A stretch of DNA of 64,000 nt, from positions 22,258,001 through 22,322,000 of the forward strand of contig OZ059895.1 of assembly GCA_964057225.1 (NCBI GenBank). Reading direction: 5' to 3'. Every line of letters begins with the position of its first letter. The stretch's first letter is position 1. The notes under the pieces are model-generated. The model worked only from the letters and a program-made list of their open reading frames with translations. It was not told where the DNA came from and ran no database searches. The translations under genes were made by a program, and so were the position numbers. Shown piece after piece: positions 1 to 15,000 of the stretch. Source of the DNA: Auanema rhodensis. Lineage: Eukaryota; Animalia; Nematoda.

Positions 1-3000
1 ACATGATGTGCCTTTGGTATGTAACTCGCTTCACGTCAAAGATAAAGAGATGCGGTTTTCAAAATTAGATTCCCCATGTCCATATTAGTCTAAAAACAAA
101 TTTTTATTAATATTGGTGCATGGTAACCATGACTTTGAAATTTACGTGAACTTTAATTTATGCTAATTAAGTGTACACATGATGTGCGCTTGGTATGTAA
201 CTCGCTTCACGTGAAAGATAAAGAGATGCGGTTTTCAAAATTAGATTCCCCATTTCCATGTTAGTCTAAAAACAAATTTTTATTGATATTGGTGCATGGC
301 AACCATGACTTTAAAATTTACGTGAACTTAAATTTATGCTAATTAAGTGTACACATGATGTGCACTTGGTATGTCACTCGCTTCACGTCAAAGATAAAGA
401 GATGCGGTTTTCAAAATTAGATTCCCCATTTCCATATTAGTCTAAAAACTAATTTTTATTGATATTGGTGCATGGCAACCATGACTTTAAAATTTACGTG
501 AACTTTAATTTATGCTAATTAAGTGTACACATGATGTGCACTTGGTATGTAACACGCTTTACGTCAAAGATAAAGAGATGCGGTTTTCAAAATTAGATTC
601 CCCATGTCCATATTAGTCTAAAAACAAATTTTTATTGATATTGGTGCATGGTAACCATGACTTTGAAATTTACGTGAACTTCAATTTATGCTAATTAAAT
701 GTACACATGATGTGCGCTTGGTATGTAACTCGCTTCACGTTAAAGATAAAGAGATGCGGTTTTCAAAATTAGATTCCCCATTTCCATATTAGTCTAAAAA
801 CAAATTTTTATTGATATTGGTGCATGGCAACCATGACTTTAAAATTTACGTGAACTTTAATTTATGCTAATTAAGTGTACACGTGATGTGCACTTGGTAT
901 GTAACTCGCTTCACGTGAAAGATGAAGAGATGCGGTTTTCAAAATTAGATTCCCCATGTCCATATTAGTCTAAAAACAAATTTTTATTAATATTGGTGCA
1001 TGGTAACCATGACTTTGAAATTTACGTGAACTTTAATTTATGCTAATTAAGTGTACACATGATATGCACTTGGTATGTAACTCGCTTCACGTGAAAGATA
1101 AAGAGATGCGGTTTTCAAAATAGATTCCCCATTTCCATATTAGTCTAAAAACAAATTTTTATTGATATTGGTGCATGGCAACCATGACTTTAAAATTTAC
1201 GTGAACTTTAATTTATGCTAATTAAGTGTACACATGATGTGCACTTGGTATGTAACACGCTTTACGTCAAAGATAAAGAGATGCGGTTTTCAAAATTAGA
1301 TTCCCCATGTCCATATTAGTCTAAAAACAAATTTTTATTGATATTGGTGCATGGTAACCATGACTTTGAAATTTACGTGAACTTTAATTTATGCTAATTA
1401 AGTGTACACATGATGTGCGCTTGGTATGTAACTCGCTTCACGTTAAAGATAAAGAGATGCGGTTTTCAAAATTAGATTCCCCATTTCCATATTAGTCTAA
1501 AAACAAATTTTTATTGATATTGGTGCATGGCAACCATGACTTTAAAATTTACGTGAACTTTAATTTATGCTAATTAAGTGTACACATGATGTGCACTTGG
1601 TATGTAACTCGCTTCACGTCAAAGATAAAGAGATGCGGTTTTCAAAATTAGATTCCCCATGTCCATATTAGTCTAAAAACAAATTTTTATTAATATTGGT
1701 GCATGGTAACCATGACTTTGAAATTTACGTGAACTTTAATTTATGCTAATTAAGTGTACACATGATGTGCACTTGGTATGTAACTCGCTTCACGTGAAAG
1801 ATGAAGAGATGCGGTTTTCAAAAAAATTAGATTCCTCATGTCCATATTAGTCTAAAAACGATTTTTTATTGATATTGGTGCATGGTAACCATGACTTTGA
1901 AATTTACGTGAACTTTAATTTATGCTTATTAAGTGTACACGTGATGTGCTCTTGGTATGTAACTCGCTTCACGTGAAAGATAAAGGGATGCGGTTTTCAA
2001 AATTAGATTCCCCATGTCCATATTAGTCTAAAAACAAATTTTTATTGATATTGGTGCATGGTAACCATGACTTTGAAATTTACGTGAACTTTAATTTATG
2101 CTAATTAAGTGTACACATGATGTGCACTTGGTATGTAACTCGCTTCACGTGAAAGATGAAGAGATGCGGTTTTCAAAATTAGATTCCCCATGTCCATATT
2201 AGTCTAAAAACAAATTTTTATTGATATTGGTGCATGGTAACCATGACTTTGAAATTTACGTGAACTTTAATTTATGCTTATTAAGTGTACACGTGATGTG
2301 CACTTGGTATGTAACTCGCTTCACGTGAAAGATGAAGAGATGCGCTTTTCGAAAATAGATTCCCCATGTCCATATTAGTCTAAAAACACATTTTTGTTGA
2401 TATTGGTGGATGGTAACCATGACTTTGAAATTTACGTGAACTTCAATTTATGCTAATTAAGTGTACACATGATGTGCACTTGGTATGTAACTCGCTTCAA
2501 GTCAAAGATAAAGAGATGCGGTTTTCAAAATTAGATTCCCTATGTCCATATTAGTCTAAAAACAAATTTTTATTAATATTGGTGCATGGTAACCATGACT
2601 TTGAAATTTACGTGAACTTTAATTTATGCTAATTAAGTGTACACGTGATGTGCACTTGGTATGTAACTCGCTTCACGTGAAAGATGAAGAGATGCGGTTT
2701 TCAAAATTAGATTCCCCATTTCCATATTAGTCTAAAAACAAATTTTTATTGATATTGGCGCATGGTAACCATGACTTTGAAATTTACGTGAACTTTAATT
2801 TATGCTAATTAAGTGTACACATGATGTGCGCTTGGTATGTAACTCGCTTCACGTGAAAGATGAAGAGATGCGGTTTTCAAAATTAGATTCCCCATGTCCA
2901 TATTAGTCTAAAAACAAATTTTTATTGATATTGGTGCATGGTAACCATGACTTTGAAATTTACGTGAACTTTAATTTATGCTAATTAAGTGTACACATGA

Positions 3001-6000
3001 TGTGCACTTGGTATGTAACTCGCTTTACGTCAAAGATAAAGAGATGCGGTTTTCAAAATTAGATTCCTCATTTCCATATTAGTCTAAAAACAAATTTTTA
3101 TTAATATTGGTGCATGGTAACCATGACTTTGAAATTTACGTGAACTTTAATTTATGCTAATTAAGTGTACACATGATGTGCACTTGGTATGTAACTCGCT
3201 TCACGTGAAAGATGAAGAGATGCGCTTTTCGAAAATAGATTCCCCATGTCCATATTAGTCTAAAAACACATTTTTGTTGATATTGGTGGATGGTAACCAT
3301 GACTTTGAAATTTACGTGAACTTCAATTTATGCTAATTAAGTGTACACATGATGTGCACTTGGTATGTAACTCGCTTCAAGTCAAAGATAAAGAGATGCG
3401 GTTTTCAAAATTAGATTCCCTATGTCCATATTAGTCTAAAAACAAATTTTTATTAATATTGGTGCATGGTAACCATGACTTTGAAATCTACGTGAACTTT
3501 AATTTATGCTAATTAAGTGTACACGTGATGTGCACTTGGTATGTAACTCGCTTCACGTGAAAGATGAAGAGATGCGGTTTTCAAAATTAGATTCCCCATT
3601 TCCATATTAGTCTAAAAACAAATTTTTATTGATATTGGCGCATGGTAACCATGACTTTGAAATTTACGTGAACTTTAATTTATGCTAATTAAGTGTACAC
3701 ATGATGTGCGCTTGGTATGTAACTCGCTTCACGTGAAAGATGAAGAGATGCGGTTTTCAAAATTAGATTCCCCATGTCCATATTAGTCTAAAAACAAATT
3801 TTTATTGATATTGGTGCATGGTAACCATGACTTTGAAATTTACGTGAACTTTAATTTATGCTAATTAAGTGTACACATGATGTGCACTTGGTATGTAACT
3901 CGCTTTACGTCAAAGATAAAGAGATGCGGTTTTCAAAATTAGATTCCTCATTTCCATATTAGTCTAAAAACAAATTTTTATTAATATTGGTGCATGGTAA
4001 CCATGACTTTGAAATTTACGTGAACTTTAATTTATGCTAATTAAGTGTACACATGATGTGCGCTTGGTATGTAACTCGCTTCACGTGAAAGATGAAGAGA
4101 TGCGGTTTTCAAAATTAGATTCCTCATGTCCATATTAGTCTAAAAACGAATTTTTATTGATATTGGTGCATGGTAACCATGACTTTGAAATTTACGTGAA
4201 CTTTAATTCATGCTTATTAAGTGTACACGTGATGTGCACTTGGTATGTAACTCGCTTCACGTGAAAGATAAAGGGATGCGGTTTTCAAAATTAGATTCCT
4301 CATGTCCATATTAGTCTAAAAACAAATTTTTATTGATATTGGTGCATGGTAACCATGACTTTGAAATTTACGTGAACTTTAATTTATGCTAATTAAGTGT
4401 ACACCTGATGTGCACTTGGTATGTAACTCGCTTCACGTGAAAGATAAAGAGATGGGGTTTCAAAATTAGATTCCCCATTTCCATATTAGTCTAAAAACGA
4501 ATTTTTATTGATATTGGTGCATGGTAACCATGACTTTGAAATTTACGTGAACTTTAATTTATGCTTATTAAGTGTACACGTGATGTGCACTTGGTATGTA
4601 ACTCGCTTCACGTGAAAGATAAAGAGATGCGGTTTTCAAAATTAGATTCCCCATGTCCATATTAGTCTAAAAACAAATTTTTATTAATATTGGTGCATGG
4701 TAACCATGACTTTGAAATTTACGTGAACTTTAATTTATGCTAATTAAGTGTACACATGATGTGCACTTGGTATGTAACTCGCTTCACGTCAAAGATAAAG
4801 AGATGCGGTTTTCAAAATTAGATTCCCCATGTCCATATTAGTCTAAAAACAAATTTTTATTAATATTGGTGCATGGTAACCATGACTTTGAAATTTACGT
4901 GAACTTTAATTTATGCTAATTAAGTGTACACATGATGTGCACTTGGTATGTAACTCGCTTCACGTGAAAGATGAAGAGATGCGGTTTTCAAAATTAGATT
5001 CCTCATGTCCATATTAGTCTAAAAACGAATTTTTATTGATATTGGTGCATGGTAACCATGACTTTGAAATTTACGTGAACTTTAATTTATGCTAATTAAG
5101 TGTACACATGATGTGCATTTGGTATGTAACTCGCTTCACGTGAAAGATGAAGAGATGCGGTTTTCAAAATTAGATTCCCCATTTCCATATTAGTCTAAAA
5201 ACAAATTTTTATTGATATTGGTGCATGGTAACCATGACTTTGAAATTTACGTGAACTTTAATTTATGCTTATTAAGTGTACACGTGATGTGCTCTTGGTA
5301 TGTAACTCGCTTCACGTGAAAGATGAAGAGATGCGCTTTTCGAAATTAGATTCCCCATGTCCATATTAGTCTAAAAACACATTTTTGTTGATATAGGTGG
5401 ATGGTAACCATGACTTTGAAATTTACGTGAACTTTAATTTATGCTAATTAAGTGTACACATGATGTGCACTTGGTATGTTACTCGCTTCACGTGAAAGAT
5501 AAAGAGATGCGGTTTTCAAATTAGATTCCCCATTTCCATATTAGTCTAAAAACAAATTTTTATTGATATTGGTGCATGGCAACCATGACTTTAAAATTTA
5601 CGTGAACTTAAATTTATGCTAATTAAGTGTACACATGATGTGCACTTGGTATGTAACTCGCTTCACGTCAAAGATAAAGAGATGCGGTTTTCAAAATTAG
5701 ATTCCCCATTTCCATGTTAGTCTAAAAACAAATTTTTATTGATATTGGTGCATGGCAACCATGACTTTAAAATTTACGTGAACTTAAATTTATGCTAATT
5801 AAGTGTACACATGATGTGCACTTGGTATGTAACTCGCTTCACGTCAAAGATAAAGAGATGCGGTTTTCAAACTTAGATTCCCCATGTCCATATTAGTCTA
5901 AAAACAAATTTTTATTAATATTGGTGCATGGTAACCATGACTTTGAAATTTACGTGAACTTTAATTTATGCTTATTAAGTGTACACGTGATGTGCACTTG

Positions 6001-9000
6001 GTATGTAACTCGCTTCACGTGAAAGATAAAGAGATGCGGTTTTCAAAATTAGATTCCCCATGTCCATATTAGTCTAAAAACAAATTTTTATTGATATTGG
6101 TGCATGGTAACCATGACTTTGAAATTTACGTGAACTTTAATTTATGCTAATTAAATGTACACGTGATGTGCACTTGGTATGTAACTCGCTTCACGTGAAA
6201 GATGAAGAGATGCGGTTTTCAAAATTAGATTCCCCATGTCCATATTAGTCTAAAAACAAATTTTTATTAATATTGGTGCATGGTAACCATGACTTTGAAA
6301 TTTACGTGAACTTTAATTTATGCTAATTAAGTGTACACATGATATGCACTTGGTATGTAACTCGCTTCACGTGAAAGATAAAGAGATGCGGTTTTCAAAA
6401 TAGATTCCCCATTTCCATATTAGTCTAAAAACAAATTTTTATTGATCTTGGTGCATGGCAACCATGACTTTAAAATTTACGTGAACTTTAATTTATGCTA
6501 ATTAAGTGTACACATGATGTGCCTTTGGTATGTAACTCGCTTCACGTCAAAGATAAAGAGATGCGGTTTTCAAAATTAGATTCCCCATGTCCATATTAGT
6601 CTAAAAACAAATTTTTATTAATATTGGTGCATGGTAACCATGACTTTGAAATTTACGTGAACTTTAATTTATGCTAATTAAGTGTACACATGATGTGCGC
6701 TTGGTATGTAACTCGCTTCACGTGAAAGATAAAGAGATGCGGTTTTCAAAATTAGATTCCCCATTTCCATGTTAGTCTAAAAACAAATTTTTATTGATAT
6801 TGGTGCATGGCAACCATGACTTTAAAATTTACGTGAACTTAAATTTATGCTAATTAAGTGTACACATGATGTGCACTTGGTATGTCACTCGCTTCACGTC
6901 AAAGATAAAGAGATGCGGTTTTCAAAATTAGATTCCCCATGTCCATATTAGTCTAAAAACAAATTTTTATTAATATTGGTGCATGGTAACCATGACTTTG
7001 AAATTTACGTGAACATTAATTTATGCTAATTAAGTGTACACGTGATGTGCACTTGGTATGTAACTCGCTTCACGTGAAAGATAAAGAGATGCGGTTTTCA
7101 AAATTAGATTCCCCATGTCCATATTAGTCTAAAAACAAATTTTTATTAATATTGGTGCATGGTAACCATGACTTTGAAATTTACGTGAACTTCAATTTAT
7201 GCTAATTAAGTGTACAAGTGATGTGCACTTGGTATGTAACTCGCTTCACGTGAAAGATGAAGAGATGCGGTTTTCAAAATTAGATTCCCCATGTCCATAT
7301 TAGTCTAAAAACAAATTTTTATTAATATTGGTGCATGGTAACCATGACTTTGAAATTTACGTGAACTTTAATTTATGCTAATTAAGTGTACACATGATAT
7401 GCACTTGGTATGTAACTCGCTTCACGTGAAAGATAAAGAGATGCGGTTTTCAAAATAGATTCCCCATTTCCATATTAGTCTAAAAACAAATTTTTATTGA
7501 TATTGGTGCATGGCAACCATGACTTTAAAATTTACGTGAACTTTAATTTATGCTAATTAAGTGTACACATGATGTGCACTTGGTATGTAACACGCTTTAC
7601 GTCAAAGATAAAGAGATGCGGTTTTCAAAATTAGATTCCCCATGTCCATATTAGTCTAAAAACAAATTTTTATTGATATTGGTGCATGGTAACCATGACT
7701 TTGAAATTTACGTGAACTTTAATTTATGCTAATTAAGTGTACACATGATGTGCGCTTGGTATGTAACTCGCTTCACGTTAAAGATAAAGAGATGCGGTTT
7801 TCAAAATTAGATTCCCCATTTCCATATTAGTCTAAAAACAAATTTTTATTGATATTGGTGCATGGCAACCATGACTTTAAAATTTACGTGAACTTTAATT
7901 TATGCTAATTAAGTGTACACATGATGTGCACTTGGTATGTAACTCGCTTCACGTCAAAGATAAAGAGATGCGGTTTTCAAAATTAGATTCCCCATGTCCA
8001 TATTAGTCTAAAAACAAATTTTTATTAATATTGGTGCATGGTAACCATGACTTTGAAATTTACGTGAACTTTAATTTATGCTAATTAAGTGTACACATGA
8101 TGTGCACTTGGTATGTAACTCGCTTCACGTGAAAGATGAAGAGATGCGGTTTTCAAAAAAATTAGATTCCTCATGTCCATATTAGTCTAAAAACGATTTT
8201 TTATTGATATTGGTGCATGGTAACCATGACTTTGAAATTTACGTGAACTTTAATTTATGCTTATTAAGTGTACACGTGATGTGCACTTGGTATGTAACTC
8301 GCTTCACGTGAAAGATAAAGGGATGCGGTTTTCAAAATTAGATTCCCCATTTCCATATTAGTCTAAAAACAAATTTTTATTGATATTGGTGCATGGTAAC
8401 CATGACTTTGAAATTTACGTGAACTTTAATTTATGCTAATTAAGTGTACACATGATGTGCACTTGGTATGTAACTCGCTTCACGTGAAAGATAAAGGGAT
8501 GCGGTTTTCAAAATTAGATTCCCCATGTTCATATTAGTCTAAAAACAAATTTTTATTAATATTGGTGCATGGTAACCATGACTTTGAAATTTACGTGAAC
8601 TTTAATTTATGCTAATTAAGTGTACACATGATATGCACTTGGTATGTAACTCGCTTCACGTGAAAGATAAAGAGATGCGGTTTTCAAAATAGATTCCCCA
8701 TTTCCATATTAGTCTAAAAACAAATTTTTATTGATATTGGTGCATGGCAACCATGACTTTAAAATTTACGTGAACTTTAATTTATGCTAATTAAGTGTAC
8801 ACATGATGTGCACTTGGTATGTAACTCGCTTCACGTCAAAGATAAAGAGATGCGGTTTTCAAAATTAGATTCCCCATGTCCATATTAGTCTAAAAACAAA
8901 TTTTTATTAATATTGGTGCATGGAAACCATGACTTTGAAATTTACGTGAACTTTAATTTATGCTAATTAAGTGTACACATGATGTGCACTTGGTATGTAA

Positions 9001-12000
9001 CTCGCTTCACGTGAAAGATGAAGAGATGCGGTTTTCAAAAAAATTAGATTCCTCATGTCCATATTAGTCTAAAAACGATTTTTTATTAATATTGGTGCAT
9101 GGAAACAATGACTTTGAAATTTACGTGAACTTTAATTTATGCTAATTAAGTGTACACATGATGTGCACTTGGTATGTAACTCGCTTCACGTGAAAGATGA
9201 AGAGATGCGGTTTTCAAAAAAATTAGATTCCCCATGTCCATATTAGTCTAAAAACAAATTTTTATTAATATTGGTGCATGGTAACCATGACTTTGAAATT
9301 TACGTGAACTTTAATTTATGCTAATTAAGTGTACACATGATGTGCACTTGGTATGTTACTCGCTTCACGTGAAAGATAAAGAGATGCGGTTTTCAAAATA
9401 GATTCCCCATTTCCATATTAGTCTAAAAACAAATTTTTATTGATATTGGTGCATGGCAACCATGACTTTAAAATTTACGTGAACTTAAATTTATGCTAAT
9501 TAAGTGTACACATGATGTGCACTTGGTATGTAACTCGCTTCACGTCAAAGATAAAGAGATGCGGTTTTCAAAATTAGATTCCCCATTTCCATGTTAGTCT
9601 AAAAACAAATTTTTATTGATATTGGTGCATGGCAACCATGACTTTAAAATTTACGTGAACTTAAATTTATGCTAATTAAGTGTACACATGATGTGCACTT
9701 GGTATGTAACTCGCTTCACGTGAAAGATAAAGAGATGCGGTTTTCAAAATTAGATTCCCCATGTCCATATTAGTCTAAAAACAAATTTTTATTGATATTG
9801 GTGCATGGTAACCATGACTTTGAAATTTACGTGAACTTTAATTTATGCTAATTAAGTGTACACCTGATGTGCACTTGGTATGTAACTCGCTTCACGTGAA
9901 AGATAAAGAGATGCGGTTTTCAAAATTAGATTCCCCATTTCCATATTAGTCTAAAAACGAATTTTTATTGATATTGGTGCATGGTAACCATGACTTTGAC
10001 ATTTACGTGAACTTTAATTTATGCTTATTAAGTGTACACGTGATGTGCACTTGGTATGTAACTCGCTTCACGTCAAAGATAAAGAGATGCGGTTTTCAAA
10101 ATTAGATTCCCCATTTCCATGTTAGTCTAAAAACAAATTTTTATTGATATTGGTGCATGGCAACCATGACTTTAAAATTTACGTGAACTTAAATTTATGC
10201 TAATTAAGTGTACACATGATGTGCACTTGGTATGTAACTCGCTTCACGTGAAAGATAAAGAGATGCGGTTTTCAAAATTAGATTCCCCATGTCCATATTA
10301 GTCTAAAAACAAATTTTTATTGATATTGGTGCATGGTAACCATGACTTTGAAATTTACGTGAACTTTAATTTATGCTAATTAAATGTACACGTGATGTGC
10401 ACTTGGTATGTAACTCGCTTCACGTGAAAGATGAAGAGATGCGGTTTTCAAAATTAGATTCCCCATGTCCATATTAGTCTAAAAACAAATTTTTATTAAT
10501 ATTGGTGCATGGTAACCATGACTTTGAAATTTACGTGAACTTTAATTTATGCTAATTAAGTGTACACATGATATGCACTTGGTATGTAACTCGCTTCACG
10601 TGAAAGATAAAGAGATGCGGTTTTCAAAATTAGATTCCCCATGTCCATATTAGTCTAAAAACAAATTTTAATTAATATTGGTGCATGGTAACCATGACTT
10701 TGAAATTTACGTGAACTTTAATTTATGCTTATTAAGTGTACACGTGATGTGCACTTGGTATGTAACTCGCTTCACGTGAAAGATAAAGAGATGCGGTTTT
10801 CAAAATTAGATTCCCCATGTCCATATTAGTCTAAAAACAAATTTTTATTAATATTGGTGCATGGTAACCATGACTTTGAAATTTACGTGAACTTCAATTT
10901 ATGCTAATTAAGTGTACACGTGATGTGCACTTGGTATGTAACTCGCTTCACGTGAAAGATGAAGAGATGCGGTTTTCAAAATTAGATTCCCCATGTCCAT
11001 ATTAGTCTAAAAACAAATTTTTATTAATATTGGTGCATGGTAACCATGACTTTGAAATTTACGTGAACTTTAATTTATGCTAATTAAGTGTACACATGAT
11101 GTGCCTTTGGTATGTAACTCGCTTCACGTCAAAGATAAAGAGATGCGGTTTTCAAAATTAGATTCCCCATGTCCATATTAGTCTAAAAACAAATTTTTAT
11201 TAATATTGGTGCATGGTAACCATGACTTTGAAATTTACGTGAACTTTAATTTATGCTAATTAAGTGTACACCTGATGTGCACTTGGTATGTAACTCGCTT
11301 CACGTGAAAGATAAAGAGATGCGGTTTTCAAAATTAGATTCCCCATTTCCATATTAGTCTAAAAACGAATTTTTATTGATATTGGTGCATGGTAACCATG
11401 ACTTTGAAATTTACGTGAACTTTAATTTATGCTAATTAAGTGTACACATGATGTGCACTTGGTATGTTACTCGCTTCACGTGAAAGATAAAGAGATGCGG
11501 TTTTCAAAATAGATTCCCCATTTCCATATTAGTCTAAAAACAAATTTTTATTGATATTGGTGCATGGCAACCATGACTTTAAAATTTACGTGAACTTAAA
11601 TTTATGCTAATTAAGTGTACACATGATGTGCACTTGGTATGTAACTCGCTTCACGTCAAAGATAAAGAGATGCGGTTTTCAAAATTAGATTCCCCATGTC
11701 CATATTAGTCTAAAAACAAATTTTTATTGATATTGGTGCATGGTAACCATGACTTTGAAATTTACGTGAACTTTAATTTATGCTAATTAAGTGTACACCT
11801 GATGTGCACTTGGTATGTAACTCGCTTCACGTGAAAGATAAAGAGATGCGGTTTTCAAAATTAGATTCCCCATTTCCATATTAGTCTAAAAACGAATTTT
11901 TATTGATATTGGTGCATGGTAACCATGACTTTGACATTTACGTGAACTTTAATTTATGCTTATTAAGTGTACACGTGATGTGCACTTGGTATGTAACTCG

Positions 12001-15000
12001 CTTCACGTGAAAGATAAAGAGATGCGGTTTTCAAAATTAGATTCCCCATGTCCATATTAGTCTAAAAACAAATTTTTATTAATATTGGTGCATGGTAACC
12101 ATAACTTTGAAATTTACGTGAACTTTAATTTATGCTAATTAAGTGTACACATGATGTGCACTTGGTATGTTACTCGCTTCACGTGAAAGATAAAGAGATG
12201 CGGTTCTCAAAATAGATTCCCCATTTCCATATTAGTCTAAAAACAAATTTTTATTGATATTGGTGCATGGCAACCATGACTTTAAAATTTACGTGAACTT
12301 AAATTTATGCTAATTAAGTGTACACATGATGTGCACTTGGTATGTAACTCGCTTCACGTCAAAGATAAAGAGATGCGGTTTTCAAAATTAGATTCCCCAT
12401 TTCCATGTTAGTCTAAAAACAAATTTTTATTGATATTGGTGCATGGCAACCATGACTTTAAAATTTACGTGAACTTAAATTTATGCTAATTAAGTGTACA
12501 CATGATGTGCACTTGGTATGTAACTCGCTTCACGTGAAAGATAAAGAGATGCGGTTTTCAAAATTAGATTCCCCATGTCCATATTAGTCTAAAAACAAAT
12601 TTTTATTGATATTGGTGCATGGTAACCATGACTTTGAAATTTACGTGAACTTTAATTTATGCTAATTAAATGTACACGTGATGTGCACTTGGTATGTAAC
12701 TCGCTTCACGTGAAAGATGAAGAGATGCGGTTTTCAAAATTAGATTCCCCATGTCCATATTAGTCTAAAAACAAATTTTTATTAATATTGGTGCATGGTA
12801 ACCATGACTTTGAAATTTACGTGAACTTTAATTTATGCTAATTAAGTGTACACATGATATGCACTTGGTATGTAACTCGCTTCACGTGAAAGATAAAGAG
12901 ATGCGGTTTTCAAAATAGATTCCCCATTTCCATATTAGTCTAAAAACAAATTTTTATTGATCTTGGTGCATGGCAACCATGACTTTAAAATTTACGTGAA
13001 CTTTAATTTATGCTAATTAAGTGTACACATGATGTGCCTTTGGTATGTAACTCGCTTCACGTCAAAGATAAAGAGATGCGGTTTTCAAAATTAGATTCCC
13101 CATCTCCATATTAGTCTAAAAACAAATTTTTATTAATATTGGTGCATGGTAACCATGACTTTGAAATTTACGTGAACTTTAATTTATGCTAATTAAGTGT
13201 ACACATGATGTGCGCTTGGTATGTAACTCGCTTCACGTGAAAGATAAAGAGATGCGGTTTTCAAAATTAGATTCCCCATTTCCATGTTAGTCTAAAAACA
13301 AATTTTTATTGATATTGGTGCATGGCAACCATGACTTTAAAATTTACGTGAACTTAAATTTATGCTAATTAAGTGTACACATGATGTGCACTTGGTATGT
13401 CACTCGCTTCACGTCAAAGATAAAGAGATGCGGTTTTCAAAATTAGATTCCCCATGTCCATATTAGTCTAAAAACAAATTTTTATTAATATTGGTGCATG
13501 GTAACCATGACTTTGAAATTTACGTGAACTTCAATTTATGCTAATTAAGTGTACACGTGATGTGCACTTGGTATGTAACTCGCTTCACGTGAAAGATGAA
13601 GAGATGCGGTTTTCAAAATTAGATTCCCCATGTCCATATTAGTCTAAAAACAAATTTTTATTAATATTGGTGCATGGTAACCATGACTTTGAAATTTACG
13701 TGAACTTCAATTTATGCTAATTAAGTGTACACATGATATGCACTTGGTATGTAACTCGCTTCACGTGAAAGATAAAGAGATGCGGTTTTCAAAATAGATT
13801 CCCCATTTCCATATTAGTCTAAAAACAAATTTTTATTGATATTGGTGCATGGCAACCATGACTTTAAAATTTACGTGAACTTTAATTTATGCTAATTAAG
13901 TGTACACATGATGTGCACTTGGTATGTAACACGCTTTACGTCAAAGATAAAGAGATGCGGTTTTCAAAATTAGATTCCCCATGTCCATATTAGTCTAAAA
14001 ACAAATTTTTATTGATATTGGTGCATGGTAACCATGACTTTGAAATTTACGTGAACTTTAATTTATGCTAATTAAGTGTACACATGATGTGCGCTTGGTA
14101 TGTAACTCGCTTCACGTTAAAGATAAAGAGATGCGGTTTTCAAAATTAGATTCCCCATTTCCATATTAGTCTAAAAACAAATTTTTATTGATATTGGTGC
14201 ATGGCAACCATGACTTTAAAATTTACGTGAACTTTAATTTATGCTAATTAAGTGTACACATGATGTGCACTTGGTATGTAACTCGCTTCACGTCAAAGAT
14301 AAAGAGATGCGGTTTTCAAAATTAGATTCCCCATGTCCATATTAGTCTAAAAACAAATTTTTATTAATATTGGTGCATGGTAACCATGACTTTGAAATTT
14401 ACGTGAACTTTAATTTATGCTAATTAAGTGTACACATGATGTGCACTTGGTATGTAACTCGCTTCACGTGAAAGATGAAGAGATGCGGTTTTCAAAACAA
14501 TTAGATTCCTCATGTCCATATTAGTCTAAAAACGATTTTTTATTGATATTGGTGCATGGTAACCATGACTTTGAAATTTACGTGAACTTTAATTTATGCT
14601 TATTAAGTGTACACGTGATGTGCACTTGGTATGTAACTCGCTTCACGTGAAAGATAAAGGGATGCGGTTTTCAAAATTAGATTCCCCATTTCCATATTAG
14701 TCTAAAAACAAATTTTTATTGATATTGGTGCATGGTAACCATGACTTTGAAATTTACGTGAACTTTAATTTATGCTAATTAAGTGTACACATGATGTGCA
14801 CTTGGTATGTAACTCGCTTCACGTGAAAGATAAAGGGATGCGGTTTTCAAAATTAGATTCCCCATGTTCATATTAGTCTAAAAACAAATTTTTATTAATA
14901 TTGGTGCATGGTAACCATGACTTTGAAATTTACGTGAACTTTAATTTATGCTAATTAAGTGTACACATGATATGCACTTGGTATGTAACTCGCTTCACGT

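Noticed and set aside
1-176. CENP-B box or identity with alpha satellite, CEN178 or CentBr
   Set aside because: I see no TTCG....A..CGGG core on either strand. The only resemblance to those families is monomer length.
1-176. Tandem 5S rRNA, tRNA or snRNA gene array
   Set aside because: No recognisable 5S sequence, cloverleaf or GTTCRA T-loop/B-box, or snRNA sequence in the 32% GC monomer.
4441-4470. Singleton indels (GATGGGGTTTC at ~4451; ACAATTTT at ~22275)
   Set aside because: These are single occurrences in homopolymer runs and cannot be told apart from sequencing or consensus error.
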